Positions 13,541 through 26,304 of a stretch of DNA of 64,000 bases are shown in pieces; position 1 is the first letter of the stretch, and every line of letters begins with the position of its first letter. Under the pieces are notes generated by a model that worked only from the letters and a program-made list of their open reading frames with translations, had not been told where the DNA came from and made no database searches. Location: positions 61,630,001 to 61,694,000 of the forward strand of contig NC_087436.1 in NCBI RefSeq assembly GCF_036321535.1, read 5' to 3'. The stretch comes from Camelus dromedarius (taxonomy: Eukaryota). Both the position numbers and the translations under genes were made by a program.

Positions 13541-13729
13541 CAGTAAAAGGTAACTCCCTCTGAAATAATACAATGGAAATACAGATTTATGTTTACTGTT
13601 CTGCATGTATTTCCCAAAATTGATAGTAATCTTTTTCTTTGGAGTCACATTGAACTTTTAAAATATTTTAAATTACACAAGTTATAAGAATTAACATTAC
13701 TATATATCAGGGTTGGTGCAACAATCTTG

Positions 13730-13808
13730 ATACACATACACAAGTACATACATATTCATCTATATATATACACATACAGTCACACACACACACACACATA
13801 TATATATA
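13730..13808. repeat. Compound (CA)n/(TA)n microsatellite
   Basis: Read directly. Confidence 0.9.
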
Positions 13809-13849
13809 AAACATTAATTCGATCATCAAATGTATCCAAAATGATGTAT

Positions 13850-14012
13850 AAGTAGGTTTAATTTTTATATTCATTTTACAAATTAAAAAAGCAGAAGAAC
13901 AAATAACCTAAGTAACTTGCCCAAGGTCGTGCATGTGTAAATCACTGACTTGGAATTTAAAACCAGGCAGTCTGGCTCTAGAGTCTGTACTTCTAACTAC
14001 TGTATTATACTG
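13850..14012 (-). mobile_element. MIR SINE
   Basis: MIR core in reverse: cattttaca...aagtaacttgcccaaggtc...accaggcagtctggctctagagtc. Confidence 0.85.
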
Positions 14013-14049
14013 TGTCTGTGAGGAATGCATTTTCCTGATTTAAAACATT

Positions 14050-14745
14050 AAAACAATGAGATATGATTAAATTCTCCTTCGATTTACCAATTTTCTAAGT
14101 CCAATAATTCACTCAGAGATAACTATTAGAATCAGTTTGGTCTATATTTTTAAGATTTTAAAAAAATATTTCTATGCTGATGGATATGTACCTATAGAAA
14201 GCACAGACTGTTCGAATGTTTTAATATATATAACATATGTACTATATAAAAATATTAACAGAATAGTGAACATCATATATTTGGGAATATATTCTGTAGG
14301 ATAGGTACAGAACAAGTGAATTATCATTTTTAAAATATTTATATCTAGTCACATCCCTAATAGCAGTATTTCATAGTATCTATTTCATCTCTCTCTTATT
14401 AACACTTAATTTTATAAAACTTTTTAAAAAATTTGATAGATGAAAGCTTAAAACTCATTGCTTATGTCTTCTCAAATGCTGGTAAAGTTGAACCTGTTTT
14501 CATAGGTAATCGACCATTTTTGTACCTGTGAATTGCTTATTTATATTTCTTATATCCGTTAAATTGTTCATCTTGTTCTTATTGATTTTTTGGCTTTTAT
14601 ATATATCAGCATACTAAATGATTGTATTATTTATGCTTTCAATATATTCCTCCAGTCTTCTGCTAACTTTTAACTTTGTTTACTATGTCTTCTTTGGTTA
14701 TTTATAGTATTGTTTTGTTTAACAAGTTTTTCCTATATTAAAATT
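14050..14745 (-). mobile_element. Old L1 (L1ME-like) 3' fragment
   Basis: T-rich; gtgaattgcttatttatattt, ttcttattgatttt, aatatattcctccagtct resemble the reverse of L1 ORF2 3' DNA. Confidence 0.6.
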
Positions 14746-14749
14746 TTTA

Positions 14750-15065
14750 TTACCCCACCCCTTGCAATCCATTCAACACCTAGCACCTGGAGTGATCTTT
14801 TAAAATTAGAAATTAGATCGTGTCACTTTCCTTCTTGAAACACATGAGTGTTTTCCCATTGCAAACACCTTACTCTGACTGTCATTGCCCTACAATGCTC
14901 TCCCCTGGGCAATCTCCCTCTGCACCGCTCTTCTCAGTCTCTTCTCCAGTCTCATGAGAGCGTGTTTTCTGGTCTTTAAACAATGCTTTCTTTTCAGAGT
15001 CAGGTGACTTATACTTGTTGTGCCCTGTGCACGGAATGCTCTCTCCTTCATCTCCATTTGGCTGG
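14750..15065 (+). mobile_element. L2 LINE fragment
   Basis: gagtgatcttttaaaattagaaattagatcgtgtcactttcc...ggaatgctctctcc. Confidence 0.7.
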
Positions 15066-16509
15066 TTTATGGGTTGAATAGTGTTTCCCCATAAAGTTAT
15101 GTTGAAATCCTAGTCCCCAGTTAGCGTGTATGGGGCATGGAAATCAGTATTCAGATGTATAGTCTAGCTAATACTGACACTAACACTGAAATCAGTGAGA
15201 AGGCCCCAGAGGCATAGTCAACCAGTAGGATTATTTTGTAACCAAGGTTATAGATTATGAGAATTTTTTAAGGCAGACAACTGAAGTGTGGAGAATTTCT
15301 TTTCAGGATGAAAGGGAAAACATTTACTAAAGAGGAAAAATATTTATGAAAGGTTGGATTTTGTCTTTTTCTTAGAGCATTTAACAATTTGGCTAAAGAA
15401 TTTATACAAAAGAATTGCAGAAGCAGTTGGAAATAGAAAAATATTAGATTATCTAATTCTACTAAGTTAGTATATTTTGGCTTTATTTTGCATATATTTA
15501 TAGTACAAAAAGTTATTACCATCATATTAGGGATATAACTGATGCATTAGTTTTTAAAAAATAATTTAGGACAGAATTAGAAGTTGTACTTGGTTGCATT
15601 CCTGTTTGCTGAGGCAGTACACCAGGTAGAATTCAGTCACAGAGTCAGAACCACTACAAGTGAAGTGAAAAAAGGATTTACTGCATCATTAAGATTACCA
15701 CAAACTGGTGAAGAATCTCTGGTAGGCTGTTGTCTCTTCCTGGAGGTGGGCCTAAAGTTACCTGTAGATCAGCAGGGCTGAGTGTGAAGTGGGGAGAAAG
15801 AAGACAGAGAACATGTGTCAGAACTCTTTAAGGCAGTTCACTGAAGTAAACAATTTCTTTTGGGGATGAAATTCTTTTCAACATTGACTTTTCTGGTGCC
15901 TTTTATTTCATTTTGTAAAAAATGCTGTACACAGAAAAAAGTGGTTCATACACATACACACCGTTCTTTCTGGGCACTACCATAATGCTGCACATCTAGA
16001 ATATGTGTGTATACCCCCGTTAGAAACACTGCCTTTTTCTTATCTCGAGCCTGACACTGCCTCTGCCTTATTCAAAATGCTGTCCAATAGGCTTCCATGC
16101 GGGACCTGATGGAATGCAGACTAACTTCATTCTCCCTTGTACCTTATCCTAACAAACTTATTTTACTTATCTGAGTTGTTAATGCCACTTTTTACTATTT
16201 CCATCCCTATCATCCTCTTTTACTGTGTTCCCTCAGTCATGCACCTCTAAGTCTTCTCAGAGTCTTCCTGGGTTCTTAACATTTCTTGTAGGAGAATAGG
16301 CTGTCCCTCACTCTAAAATGCATTGATAATCATCAGAAAGACCAGAAGGGTTTTATTTCTATGTAAAGGTGTTTTCATCCCAAGTCCCTGATACTGCCCT
16401 ACTCCAAATCTTTCCTTTTCAATCCTGCGTTTAGCCTGTTTCTGTAATTGTTTCCACTTAATTCAATATCACTGTCTCCATGTCAGTGTAATATTTCTGA
16501 TAATAGATT

Positions 16510-16772
16510 ACACTTACTATTTATTTAGCAAACACAATAGTGATCACTGTGCTACTGTAGGCACTTTCAAAAGTGACTTGCAAGGATGACTCATGTAAAA
16601 CTAATAAAAACTGTCTGAGAATGCTATTATTATCCTCATTTTAGAGATGAGGAAACTGAAGCCCAGAAGGCTTACGTTGTTTACTCGTTATACTCATTAA
16701 GTGGCAAAGCCAGTACTCAGACCTGAGAACTCTGGCTCTAGAGACCAAACTCTTAACTGCTGCGCTGTGCTA
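16510..16772 (-). mobile_element. MIR SINE
   Basis: ctattattatcctcattttagagatgaggaaactgaagcccaga core. Confidence 0.9.
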
Positions 16773-18178
16773 TCTGCCATGACAGCAGAAAGAAAAAGAG
16801 GAAATAGAAGGGAAAAAGAAATCAGCTATAGGAAGTGACAGAAACTGAAAGCCAGATTAAGAAAAAGACTTGCAAAGATGAACAATGACACAGATTGACA
16901 GTAATCAGTAAAGAAAATGAGAAAGATAGGAATGGAGAATGATAGACAGAAGTACATACACCCAGAGAGTCAGAAATAGAGAGGGAAAAGTTGTCAAAAA
17001 GACAGCAGCACAGAAGCCAAGATATTTGAGTTTAAAAGAAAGTATCTTAAATATCCTGCCTATTTGTGAGGTCTACGGTTATTTTTTTCCTGAACTACAA
17101 ATCATCAGGAGTTAAAAGTTGAAATATTTTAAACATATTAAAAGCTTAATATGTTCCTAGAAACAATAATTAGTACATATATGTAAACTAAAAAAAATGC
17201 AGTATACTTTATAATGTATTTACATGCAATATAATGTATATGTGCAATCGAACTGTAATAATTCTACCTAATAAAACTTAAAAATAAAAAAAGGTAAAAA
17301 AAAAAAGAACATAAGCAAAAATAAATTGGTTAAGCTATTCCTGAAAAAATAAACAAACAGAAAACAACTAAACAACTAAAACAACTGTTAGGTGAAAACA
17401 GCAAAAACACAGATAAAAGAGTTTACATTTAGACCAATATGATTTACAAGTAAGAGTGATGAGGAATAATTTAAAATGAAATGTGGAGTAAGAATGTTAA
17501 AATGAGTAGCTTAGCAACAGGAGGACAGTGACACATTTGAGAAATAGTGGCAATATTGGTTGTTTTTAGGGAGAGCCTAGATTTTTTTTTAAGTTACTTG
17601 GTGTGTATGCTAACTAAACTGGGAAAGAGACATGATTTAGAATGGGGTGAGCTGTAGTCTCTAAATTGTCTGCACAAAAATCATTCCAGTGATACCTTCA
17701 ATGTGCTAATTTAAACCAGAAAAAATATACAGACTTCTTTCAGGTCACAGTGGCTGTTAGTAACTTTGGAATGAGTAGACCTGTGAGAAAAAAAAACGTT
17801 ATGGTGTCCTCTTCAGAGCAGGGAACACCTGTATAAACTGTGTTGGAGGACGGTCTGCGATCATCTCCATTTTTTCCACATGCTTTGTTCCTTAAGTATG
17901 GATGTGACTAAAGTAAAGTATCAGTGTCACCAAGCTGGCAGCTTGTGTTACAATCAGTTGTCAGGTGTTCCTGGTTTTGTTCTGCAGATGGCACAGAAGG
18001 AATGGGCAGAGATTACTGCAAAATTCCCAAGAGTCTCAGACTGGCTGCTGTACACGTGCATATCTGAAGGCTTTGTTCTGCACAGTTACTTGAGTTCCTT
18101 CATTCATTCATTTGGACATGCACCAACAATTTTCTTCATAGATCTTTGACGTATCATTGAAGTACAGCAATCTATACA

Positions 18179-20114
18179 CAGTTGACTCTTATTTGCACAT
18201 CTCGTATTTGTGAATTTGCCTACTTGCTAAAATTTATTTGTCATCCCAAAATCAATACTCATGGTGCTTTTTGAGTCCCTCATGGACATGTGCAAAACAG
18301 AAAAACACTGAAAATTTGCCTTGCCTTCATGCTTTGGTTCTCAGATTGTAAACAAGTGCTTTTTTGGTGATGCATTCAGTACCACATTATTCACATTTTT
18401 TGTGCTTTTTGTTGATTTTGCTGTTGAAAAAAATAATCTCCCAAGCATGGTGCTGAAGTGCTATCTGGTGTTCCTAAGTATAAGAAGGCTGTGATGTGCC
18501 AAGGAAGTATGTGGCTTAGGTCAGTTTCTGTCAGGCATAAGTTCTAGTGCTTCTGGCTCTGAGTTCAGTGTTAATGAGTCAACAATATGGCGCATCCAGA
18601 AAAGGAAGAGAAAATCTGTCAGTCTGTATGTTAGGCTGCTCTGGAAAGTGCTAAAGTAACATTTATACATGAAGCTATGGAAAATATGGAAAAGTGGCTA
18701 AATTTGTGATTCATGAGATGACTGATTTTTTAAAAAGCATAATGGATAGTATTATAAGGAGGCTGAAAGCCAAAGGAATGTACATGTATGTTATGCAAGG
18801 TCAGGAAAATGTTAAACCCTCTTTGACTACTACTGGCTGGCTTCCATGTTTCAAAAGGTAATATGTGTTAAAATGATTAAAGAAGACAATTTAGGTGATA
18901 CAAACAAACTTTATTTAACGCTTCATGAAGCCGCAGTTCCCACTCTCAAGAGTTCAGAGAACTGTGAAGTAAGGGGAGAGGGCTGCAAGCTTTTATAGAA
19001 AGAGGCAAGTGTTACCCAGAAAGAGTTTACAGCCTGCTGACATGTATAGAAACCAACACAATGGTGCTGGTGTTTGAGAAAAGAGTTTTTTCTTGAGCGG
19101 TGGACCTGCAAGGAGACAGGAGGCACAGCTCAAATCTCCCTGATCTGGTGTTTGGTCAAGCTTTTTAGAGTTAGAGATAGAGGGTTGGTATGTGGAAACA
19201 CTGGTGAGGGTGGATTTCAATTGGAGGGCTTTGGAATTTGGCCATCTTTGGTAAGGGATAGTAACTGGGCTTCCACACCAGATCTTCCTGGACAAAGGAC
19301 CCTTTGCTTAGGAAAGGGTTCTGGTGTTCAGGTTCCAGTCATGTCCCGGTCTGTTGATTCCATGGTGGGGAGAAACTTTGGTTCTGGGTGTTTGTCAAAA
19401 TTTTCTCCTCTGCCCAAGCTTCGGCTGCATAACTTGTGGTTTTGTTCTGTTGTCTCTGAAAAACAACTCTGTATCTTGTTAGAAACAGGATAGAGCCAGG
19501 TTTAGACTGTTCTGGGGTCACACAAGCAGAAAACAATGAAGTACTGGACTTCAGTTGATTGGTTAGGGTTTCATACCGTATTTACATAGATCAAGGAAAA
19601 AGGAAGTAAGTATAGAGCCTACAGTTGGCTTGGCATTTGGGGAATCGACTGACTGGATATATTGGGTTTCTGACCTAATGAAGAAGCATTAACAGGCAAA
19701 TGAAATATCTAACTTTCAGTTTGCTGATGTGGCACCCTGGAAAGGAGCGGCTCCATCTTGGAGATAGAAATTTATTTTAACACATGGGAAAAATGTTGAA
19801 CTTGTGTGTGAAGCTAAGTTTGTAGTTCAGGAGGCTGCAGAAAAATTTTTTAAGTGCTTGCTAAGTTTTACACAAGAAGAGGATATGTGGGAGAACAGAT
19901 ACTCAGTGCTGATGAGAAAGGCTTGTTTTACAAGGATGCTGGTAAACAAATATTTACAAAGCAAGTGGCATTTTGGTTGATGGAAATGTTGTTGACAAGA
20001 GAGGCTCACAGGAACCTAACTCTGTGTTTCCCTAGGAGCAATAGTTGCACATTCTCTAATTCAGTATTTGAAACAACTTTATAGAACATAGCTATCATGA
20101 ATAAGAATTGACTA
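18179..20114 (+). mobile_element. TcMar-Tigger DNA transposon (MER6/Tigger17-like) with transposase relic, split by an LTR
   Basis: Ends cagttgactc...gaattgacta + TA; the right end matches the reverse of the recalled MER6 terminus; + strand pogo transposase motifs MEKWLNL, GWLPCFKR, GYVGEQILSADEKGLFYK (compare EQIFNxDETGLFWK). Strand given is the transposase strand. Confidence 0.85.
18866..19782 (-). mobile_element. Long solo LTR, ERV1 class (917 bp)
   Basis: Perfect 9-bp terminal inverted repeat TGTTAAAAT/ATTTTAACA; 4-bp TSD TATG/CATG; minus-strand TATAAAA near 18991-18997 and AATAAA near 18909-18914. Confidence 0.88.
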
Positions 20115-20115
20115 T

Positions 20116-21481
20116 ATATTTAAAGTATACAAATTGATCAACTTATATACGTACGCATATCATAGTCACAAGATAATGAGCATTTTAGTTACAACATAAA
20201 GTTTACTTGTGCCCCTTGGCAAACCACCCCATCCCCCACCACATGCTCCAGACAATCACTGAATTGTTTTTAGAATCTATAAATTACTTTTAGAATTTTA
20301 TACAAATGTAATACATTCTTTTAAAAAATCTGACTCCTTTTACTCAGCATAATGATTTAGAGATTTTTCCATGTTGTTGTGTGTATCAATACAATTCATT
20401 CCTTTTTACTGCTGAGTAGTGTTCAGTAGAATGGGTATTACCATTCCTCCATTCATGGACATAGATACTAATGTCAGTTTTTTGGTTATTGCAACTGAAG
20501 CTGCTGTAAACATTTTGTACAAGTGTTGTGTGGATGTATGTGTTTTGTATCTTTTTGTTAAATATAGGGGTTTAATGTTTGGGTCTGGTAGAGATAAAAG
20601 TTTAATTTTTAAAAAGTAACTTTGGCCATTGGTATCTCACTGTGGCTTTAATTTGCATTTCCATTATAACCAATAATGGTGAACATCTTTTCATGAACTT
20701 TTCGTCATATATACTCTTTTCTAAAGTGAATATTTGCATGTTTATTTTTGAATTGCACTGTTTGTCTTTTTATTATTAAAGTTTAAGAGTTCTTTATATA
20801 TTCCAGTTATAATTCTTTTGTCTGACACATGTGTTGTGAATATTTTCTTTCAGTCTGTAGCTTATCTTCTTGTTTTTGAAATAGTGTCTTACAATGTGAA
20901 AAAGCTTTAAATTTTGATGGAATCTAATTTCTCTATTTTCTTTTATGCTTTGAATTTTTAAGTGTTCTTTAAGAAATCTTCACCTACCCCAAGGTGGCAA
21001 AGATTTTTTCCTAGAACTTTTTCTAGAATTTTGTAGTTTGTTTTACATTTAGTTTTATAATCCATTTCAAGTTAAATTTCATGGTTGGTATGAGGCAAGG
21101 ATCAATGTTCACTTTTTTCCATGTGGATATCCAATTTATCCAACATTATTTGTTAAAAAGACATTCCTTTCCCCACTGAATTGCCATCTTTGTCGAAAAA
21201 TCAAGTGGCTATATTTTTATATGTCTATTTCTAGACAATATCTATTCTGTTCCATTGATTTGGTTATCTTGTTTTTAATACTGTACTATCTTGATTATCA
21301 TAACTTTATAGTTTAAGTCTTGATATCAGTTAAGTCCTGTAATGTTATTTATTTACTCCTTTATTTTTGATCATTCTAGATCATTTGCATTTTCCTATAC
21401 ATTTTAGAATCTCCTTTTCTATTTCTGCAAAAAAGAAAGTATGTTGGAGTTTTAATTGGAAATATATTGAATGCACAGAGC
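20116..21481 (-). mobile_element. Old L1 (L1MB/MC-like) 3' end and ORF2 3' part
   Basis: Reverse L1 motifs: cctttttactgctgagtagt, gctttaatttgcatttcc, ggatatccaatttatccaacattatttgttaaaaagac, ctattctgttccattgat. Confidence 0.85.
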
Positions 21482-21486
21482 AAATG

Positions 21487-21872
21487 TATGTTAGTTTGCT
21501 GGGGCAGCCATAACAAAGTACCACAGACTGGGAGGCTTAAATAAAATGACTTATTTTCTCACAATTCTGGAGGCTAGATTTTGAGATCAAGGTGTCTGCA
21601 GAGTTGGTTTCTTCTGAGACCACTCTCCTTGGCTTGTGGATGGCCATCTTCTCCCTGTGTCTTCACATGGTCTTCTCTCTACATGTCTACGTCCAAATTT
21701 CCTCTTCTTATAAGGATACCAGTCATGTTTGATTAGGACTCACATCAATGACCTTGCTTTATCTTAATTACCTCTTTAAAGACCCTAGGTCCAAATACAG
21801 TCACATTCTGAGGTCCTAGAGGTTAGGACTTAAACATATAGATGTTAGGAGAGCATAATTCAGCTTATAACA
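21487..21872 (-). mobile_element. MLT1A/B MaLR solo LTR
   Basis: gccataacaaagtaccacagactggg...aattcagcttataaca; 5-bp TSD AAATG (21482-21486 and 21873-21877). Confidence 0.92.
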
Positions 21873-21879
21873 AAATGTA

Positions 21880-21942
21880 TCATATTTTCTGGTTGTTTCT
21901 TAATTTTTTCCATTTATCTTTTATTTCAGCAATTTGGTTATG

Positions 21943-21983
<41 letters not shown>

Positions 21984-23035
21984 TTTTATTTCATTCTGTT
22001 TAGTATTTACTTAGCTATACATATATCTTTCATCACATTTGAGAAATTTTTGGTCATTATTTCTTCAAATATTTTTCTCTGCCAAATCTCTTTCTCCTCT
22101 CCTAATACTTCAATTTTCCTAGGTTAGACCTTTTGATCTTTGAGGCTCTGTTAATTTTTTTTCTCTTTCCTTCAGACTGAATAATTTCTGTTGACTATCT
22201 TCAAGTTCATTGATTTCTTTTTTCTCCTTTCTGTTCAGCCCATCCAATAAGGTTGGTTTTGTTTTTTTGGTTGTTGTTTTACTTTAGATATTGCATTTTT
22301 CACTTCTTACATTACCATTTGGGTTTTTGCTATAAGATCTATTTATCTGCTGAGAATTTTTATCTAGTCATTGAATTCAACACCTTTTACTTATCTCAGG
22401 AGCATAGTAAAATTGCTGCTTTAAAATATGTGTCACATAATTGTTCTGAGTTATCTCAGGGCTGGCATTTACTGATAATCTTTTTCCTTGAGAATTTTTC
22501 ACATTCCTGATTTTTGATACATTGAGTAATTCTGAATTATGTTCTGAACATTGTGAATATTAATTTCTATCGATTCTGGGTCTTGTTACGATTCTCTAGA
22601 GAATGTTGATGTGTTTGTTTTAGCAGCATTCAATCCAGGTAATTTCAGACCTTAAGTTCTGTTGCCTTCTGTAGGTGGTGTTTCAAATCACAGTCCAGTT
22701 CTGTAAGCCTTTGCTACACTGATTTGGTTCTGTCCCACACAGGCATAGCTTAGGGGTGAATCTGAAGCTTGTGATGATTCATGCTCACAATCAGTGGCCT
22801 GTCTTCTTCAGCTCTATTTTCTCTGTGATTCCTCCACCCCTCCAACCTACAGAGGCTACTTTGCTGGGCTAGGAAGATGGAGTTTCTATAGAATTTTAGC
22901 TGTTCACTTAGGTTACTTTTCAAAGTTTTAGTTTTCCTTCATAATCTGCCCAATTTCCTTTATTTTTCTAGATTCTTTAGGTAGTTATTTTGCCTTTCAT
23001 CTAGAGTTTTTAGTTGTAATCAGTGTGAAGAAAGA
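21880..23035 (-). mobile_element. Old L1/HAL1-like 5' (ORF1-region) fragment
   Basis: gagaaatttttggtcattatttcttcaaatattttt, tatcttcaagttcattgatt, typical reverse ORF1 DNA. Confidence 0.6.
21945..21980. repeat. (GT)n microsatellite, ~18 units
   Basis: Read directly. Confidence 0.95.
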
Positions 23036-23899
23036 GTTATAGTGGGCTAAGCCACCATGCCTTAACAGGAGCTCCAGTTCAACAGTTTTGAGAAAATATT
23101 AAGGCACTAAGCCTCTAGCATTCTGGATCACCCTTTATTTATCCAAGTAAGATATCCAAGTAAGATAATTTGAGATTCCATCCATCCCATGTATTGTAGA
23201 ATTGCCTCTATAACATTTCTGTAGATTTCGAGGGTCCTGCATTCCTGGGTCTACTTCATCCAGTCATCTGATCCTAGCTTTCCTCTTGAAACGTGAGTCT
23301 ATTGTCATCACACTGGCTGGGTTCCCTTCCTTTTGGCTCACAACTACCACTCTCTCCTCCTGTATCTCTGCTTTACTCAGATTTCTCATGTTTATGCTCG
23401 CTTTGCCAGTCCTTCACATCTCTTACTACTTTTACATTCTTGTATACAACCATTATGTCTCTACCTCTGCTTCTGAAGCATGCATTCAAATATTCATTAA
23501 TATATTTTCCTATGCAAGGGGCTATCTACTTTTGGTCTTTACCCCTGGCAAAGAACTAGGGAACAAGTTTTAAAATTGTATGTTTTTTCTTTAACCAATT
23601 TGAGATCAACTCTAAGGCAAGGGTCCTAAACAAAACAACCAGAGAAAATTCTGTGATGTGATACCGTGTGGTGTGGTGATTTTCCATTGTTCTGTATTCT
23701 AATCACTAAGGCAAGCATGGCTCTAGGTTTCGGGAGGTAGGGAAAGAAAGGATGCATATGACCAACTTATTTGTTCCCTTACCCTTCCTTCCTCAACCAA
23801 ATTGTTTCCTCAGTGAGATAGTTACACACTGTCAATTGTGATATGACATGTTAAATCTCACAATAGAACTCTAGAAAAAGTGCTATAAGTTGAAACATT

Positions 23900-24150
23900 T
23901 GTGAGCTTTGAGGGACTTGGGAAGCTTTCACAAAGGAGAATGTTGATGGATGCAGACTTTCACAGAATCTTGATGGATGTAAAGCAATTTACCAGATGGA
24001 TAGGGAAGGAAAATAAGTAGAAGGCAAGTAGTCTGGAGGTGACTGCAGTGAAAGGAGTGGAATGAGATAAAGATGGGAAGATAGGTTAGGTTCAAATCGC
24101 TCATGGCTTTGCATGCCATACTATGGAGTTTCCACTTTATTATGTAGGCA
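23900..24150 (-). mobile_element. L2 fragment
   Basis: Purine-rich reverse L2 pattern: atcttgatggatgtaaagcaatttaccagatgg, ggctttgcatgccatactatggagttt. Confidence 0.55.
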
Positions 24151-24965
24151 AAATGTTCAATTTCGGTTACCTATTCAAGTCTATTCTTTGTATGCTCTTG
24201 TACGAATCTCTACACAACAACAACAATCACATAAAACAAAGACCATAACCACTAACTATCCTGATTTTCAGAATTGCATATATACCTATATCAGAAATGT
24301 CCTTAGCACAAATTGTCAAACTTAAATGATTAGGTAGAAATCTGACACTGTTTCTTCACTAATTAGTCTAGGAAACTGGCAAGATAAAATTGGTAACAAT
24401 GAATCTGAAAGATGATACATAAAACTGGAAGGAAAAATGATAAGATATATTTTGGGTTTTTAGAATCTTAGTAAGAAAAAATTTTAACCAAAAATGAAAA
24501 TTGTAGAGGTTATCCAAGGCAGTGCTCTAACTGCTTGTTGTGGAACCTACTGTCTAATAGGAAGTCTGTACCTTTGACCACCTGTACCTATCTTCTCATT
24601 GTTCTCTAACAAATATAATTTTGATATGGCATTTGTATGCTCAAGTTCAAAGTCAAATCTTTCTCTCTTTTTTACTTCGATAACTTTTCTTAGAGATTTC
24701 AAAGACTGCAGCCTGCCTTGTGTCAGGCAATGCCTCTTTTCTGTTGGGAGCTGTATGACACCCCTCAGCTTTCCCCTCCAATAGTATACCTCCAGTGCCT
24801 CTTAGCTGCGGAGTCTCTTTGACAGTGTCATTTTGAAAAGGTGACCCTAACGGCAGCTTCCACTTACATGATCACATCTGGACCATGGAAAACTCTCCTT
24901 CACTTTATCAGCAGTGGACATACAGCTTGTTTGATCCAGTAAGATCATCTCTTGACAGTTTTAGC

Positions 24966-25047
24966 TATACTAGTCAGGGTTCTCCAGAGAAACAGACCAA
25001 CAGGAAGTCTATATATTTCTTATAATAAATCTATTATATGTATAAGT

Positions 25048-25083
<36 letters not shown>

Positions 25084-25617
25084 ATATATAGATACAGATG
25101 GCATATATATATATATATATAAAATAGATTAATTATAAGGACTTGCCTCACATGAATATGGAGGCTGAGAAGCCCCAAGGCCTGTAGTCAGCACGCTGCA
25201 GACTCAGGATAGCTGATGGGTTAGTTCTAGCTGAAATCCAAAGGCCTGAAAGTCAGAAGAGCTGATGGTAAACTTTCCAAGTCTGAAAGCCAGCAGCCTC
25301 AAAACCCATGAAGAGCCAAAGTTTTAGTTTAAGTCTGAAAGCAGGAAAAAAGCAAACAAACAAACAATGCTTTTGTTCAAGACATCAGACAGGAAGAGGT
25401 CTCTCTTACTCGCAGGAAGATCAGCCATTTTGTTCTGTTCAGGCCCTCAACTGACTGAACGATGGCACCCGTGCTAGGGAGGGCTCTACTCATTCTACCT
25501 ACTCAAATGGTAATTTCATCCAAAAACACCCTCACAGATAGACCTAGAATAATGTTTGACCAAATATCTGGGCATCCTGTGGCTCAGTCAAGTTGACACA
25601 TAAAATTAACCTTCACA
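24966..25617 (-). mobile_element. MLT2 (ERVL) solo LTR with internal (CA)n/(TA)n expansion
   Basis: tagtcagggttctccagagaaacaga...cagtcaagttgacacataaaattaaccttcaca; TSD TTAGC/TTACC. Confidence 0.92.
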
Positions 25618-25910
25618 TTACCTGTATCTTTTCACATTAAATTTCTCAAGCATAAGCAAAAACTGGTCTTTTATATTCCCCTAAACTTCCTGAAATGTAT
25701 GTAAAACTGTATAATCTGTTCTTTTAAAGCCCTTTTCACTTGACATGGAGTGAGGGTGAAGTATCTACCTTTCCTCCTGCATAAGATGGGTAGGGGAAAA
25801 TGCCACAGAACCGCAATCATTTTCTCTGGGAAAAAAACTTCTTTTGGCACAATTATTGTATATTCTTGAGATTCTGTTCAGCTTCAGGTCACAAGGTTTT
25901 GATTATCTCT

Positions 25911-26304
25911 TTCCATGGGCTGAGTTGTATCCTTCCCAAATTTATATGTTGAAATTCTAACACTCCCACCCACCCCAATATCTTAGAATGTGACTCTATT
26001 TAAGGGTAGCATCTTTAAAGAGGTAAAATAAGGTCATTATGGTGGACCTTAATCCAGCATGACTGATGTCCTTATATGCGGAGGAAATTTGGACACAGAC
26101 GGGTGTAGAGGGAAGCCCGTGTGAAGATAAGGGAGAAACTGGCAATAAACTAGTCAAGGAGAATGGCCTTGGAAGAAACCAGTCCTGCCAACACCCTGAT
26201 CTTGGAAGCTGGCCTCCAGAATTATGAGAAAATAAGTTTCTATTTATTGTTTGAGCCACGCCGTCTGTGGTACTTTGTCATAACAGCCCAAGCAAACCAA
26301 TATA
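25911..26304 (+). mobile_element. MLT1B-type MaLR solo LTR
   Basis: agaatgtgact...gaagaaaccagtcctgccaacaccctgatc...tgtggtactttgtcataacagccc; TSD TCTCT/TCTCC. Confidence 0.9.

Noticed and set aside
19074..19493. 139-aa ORF inside the long LTR
   Set aside because: Antisense to the LTR, non-ATG start, no recognisable domain.
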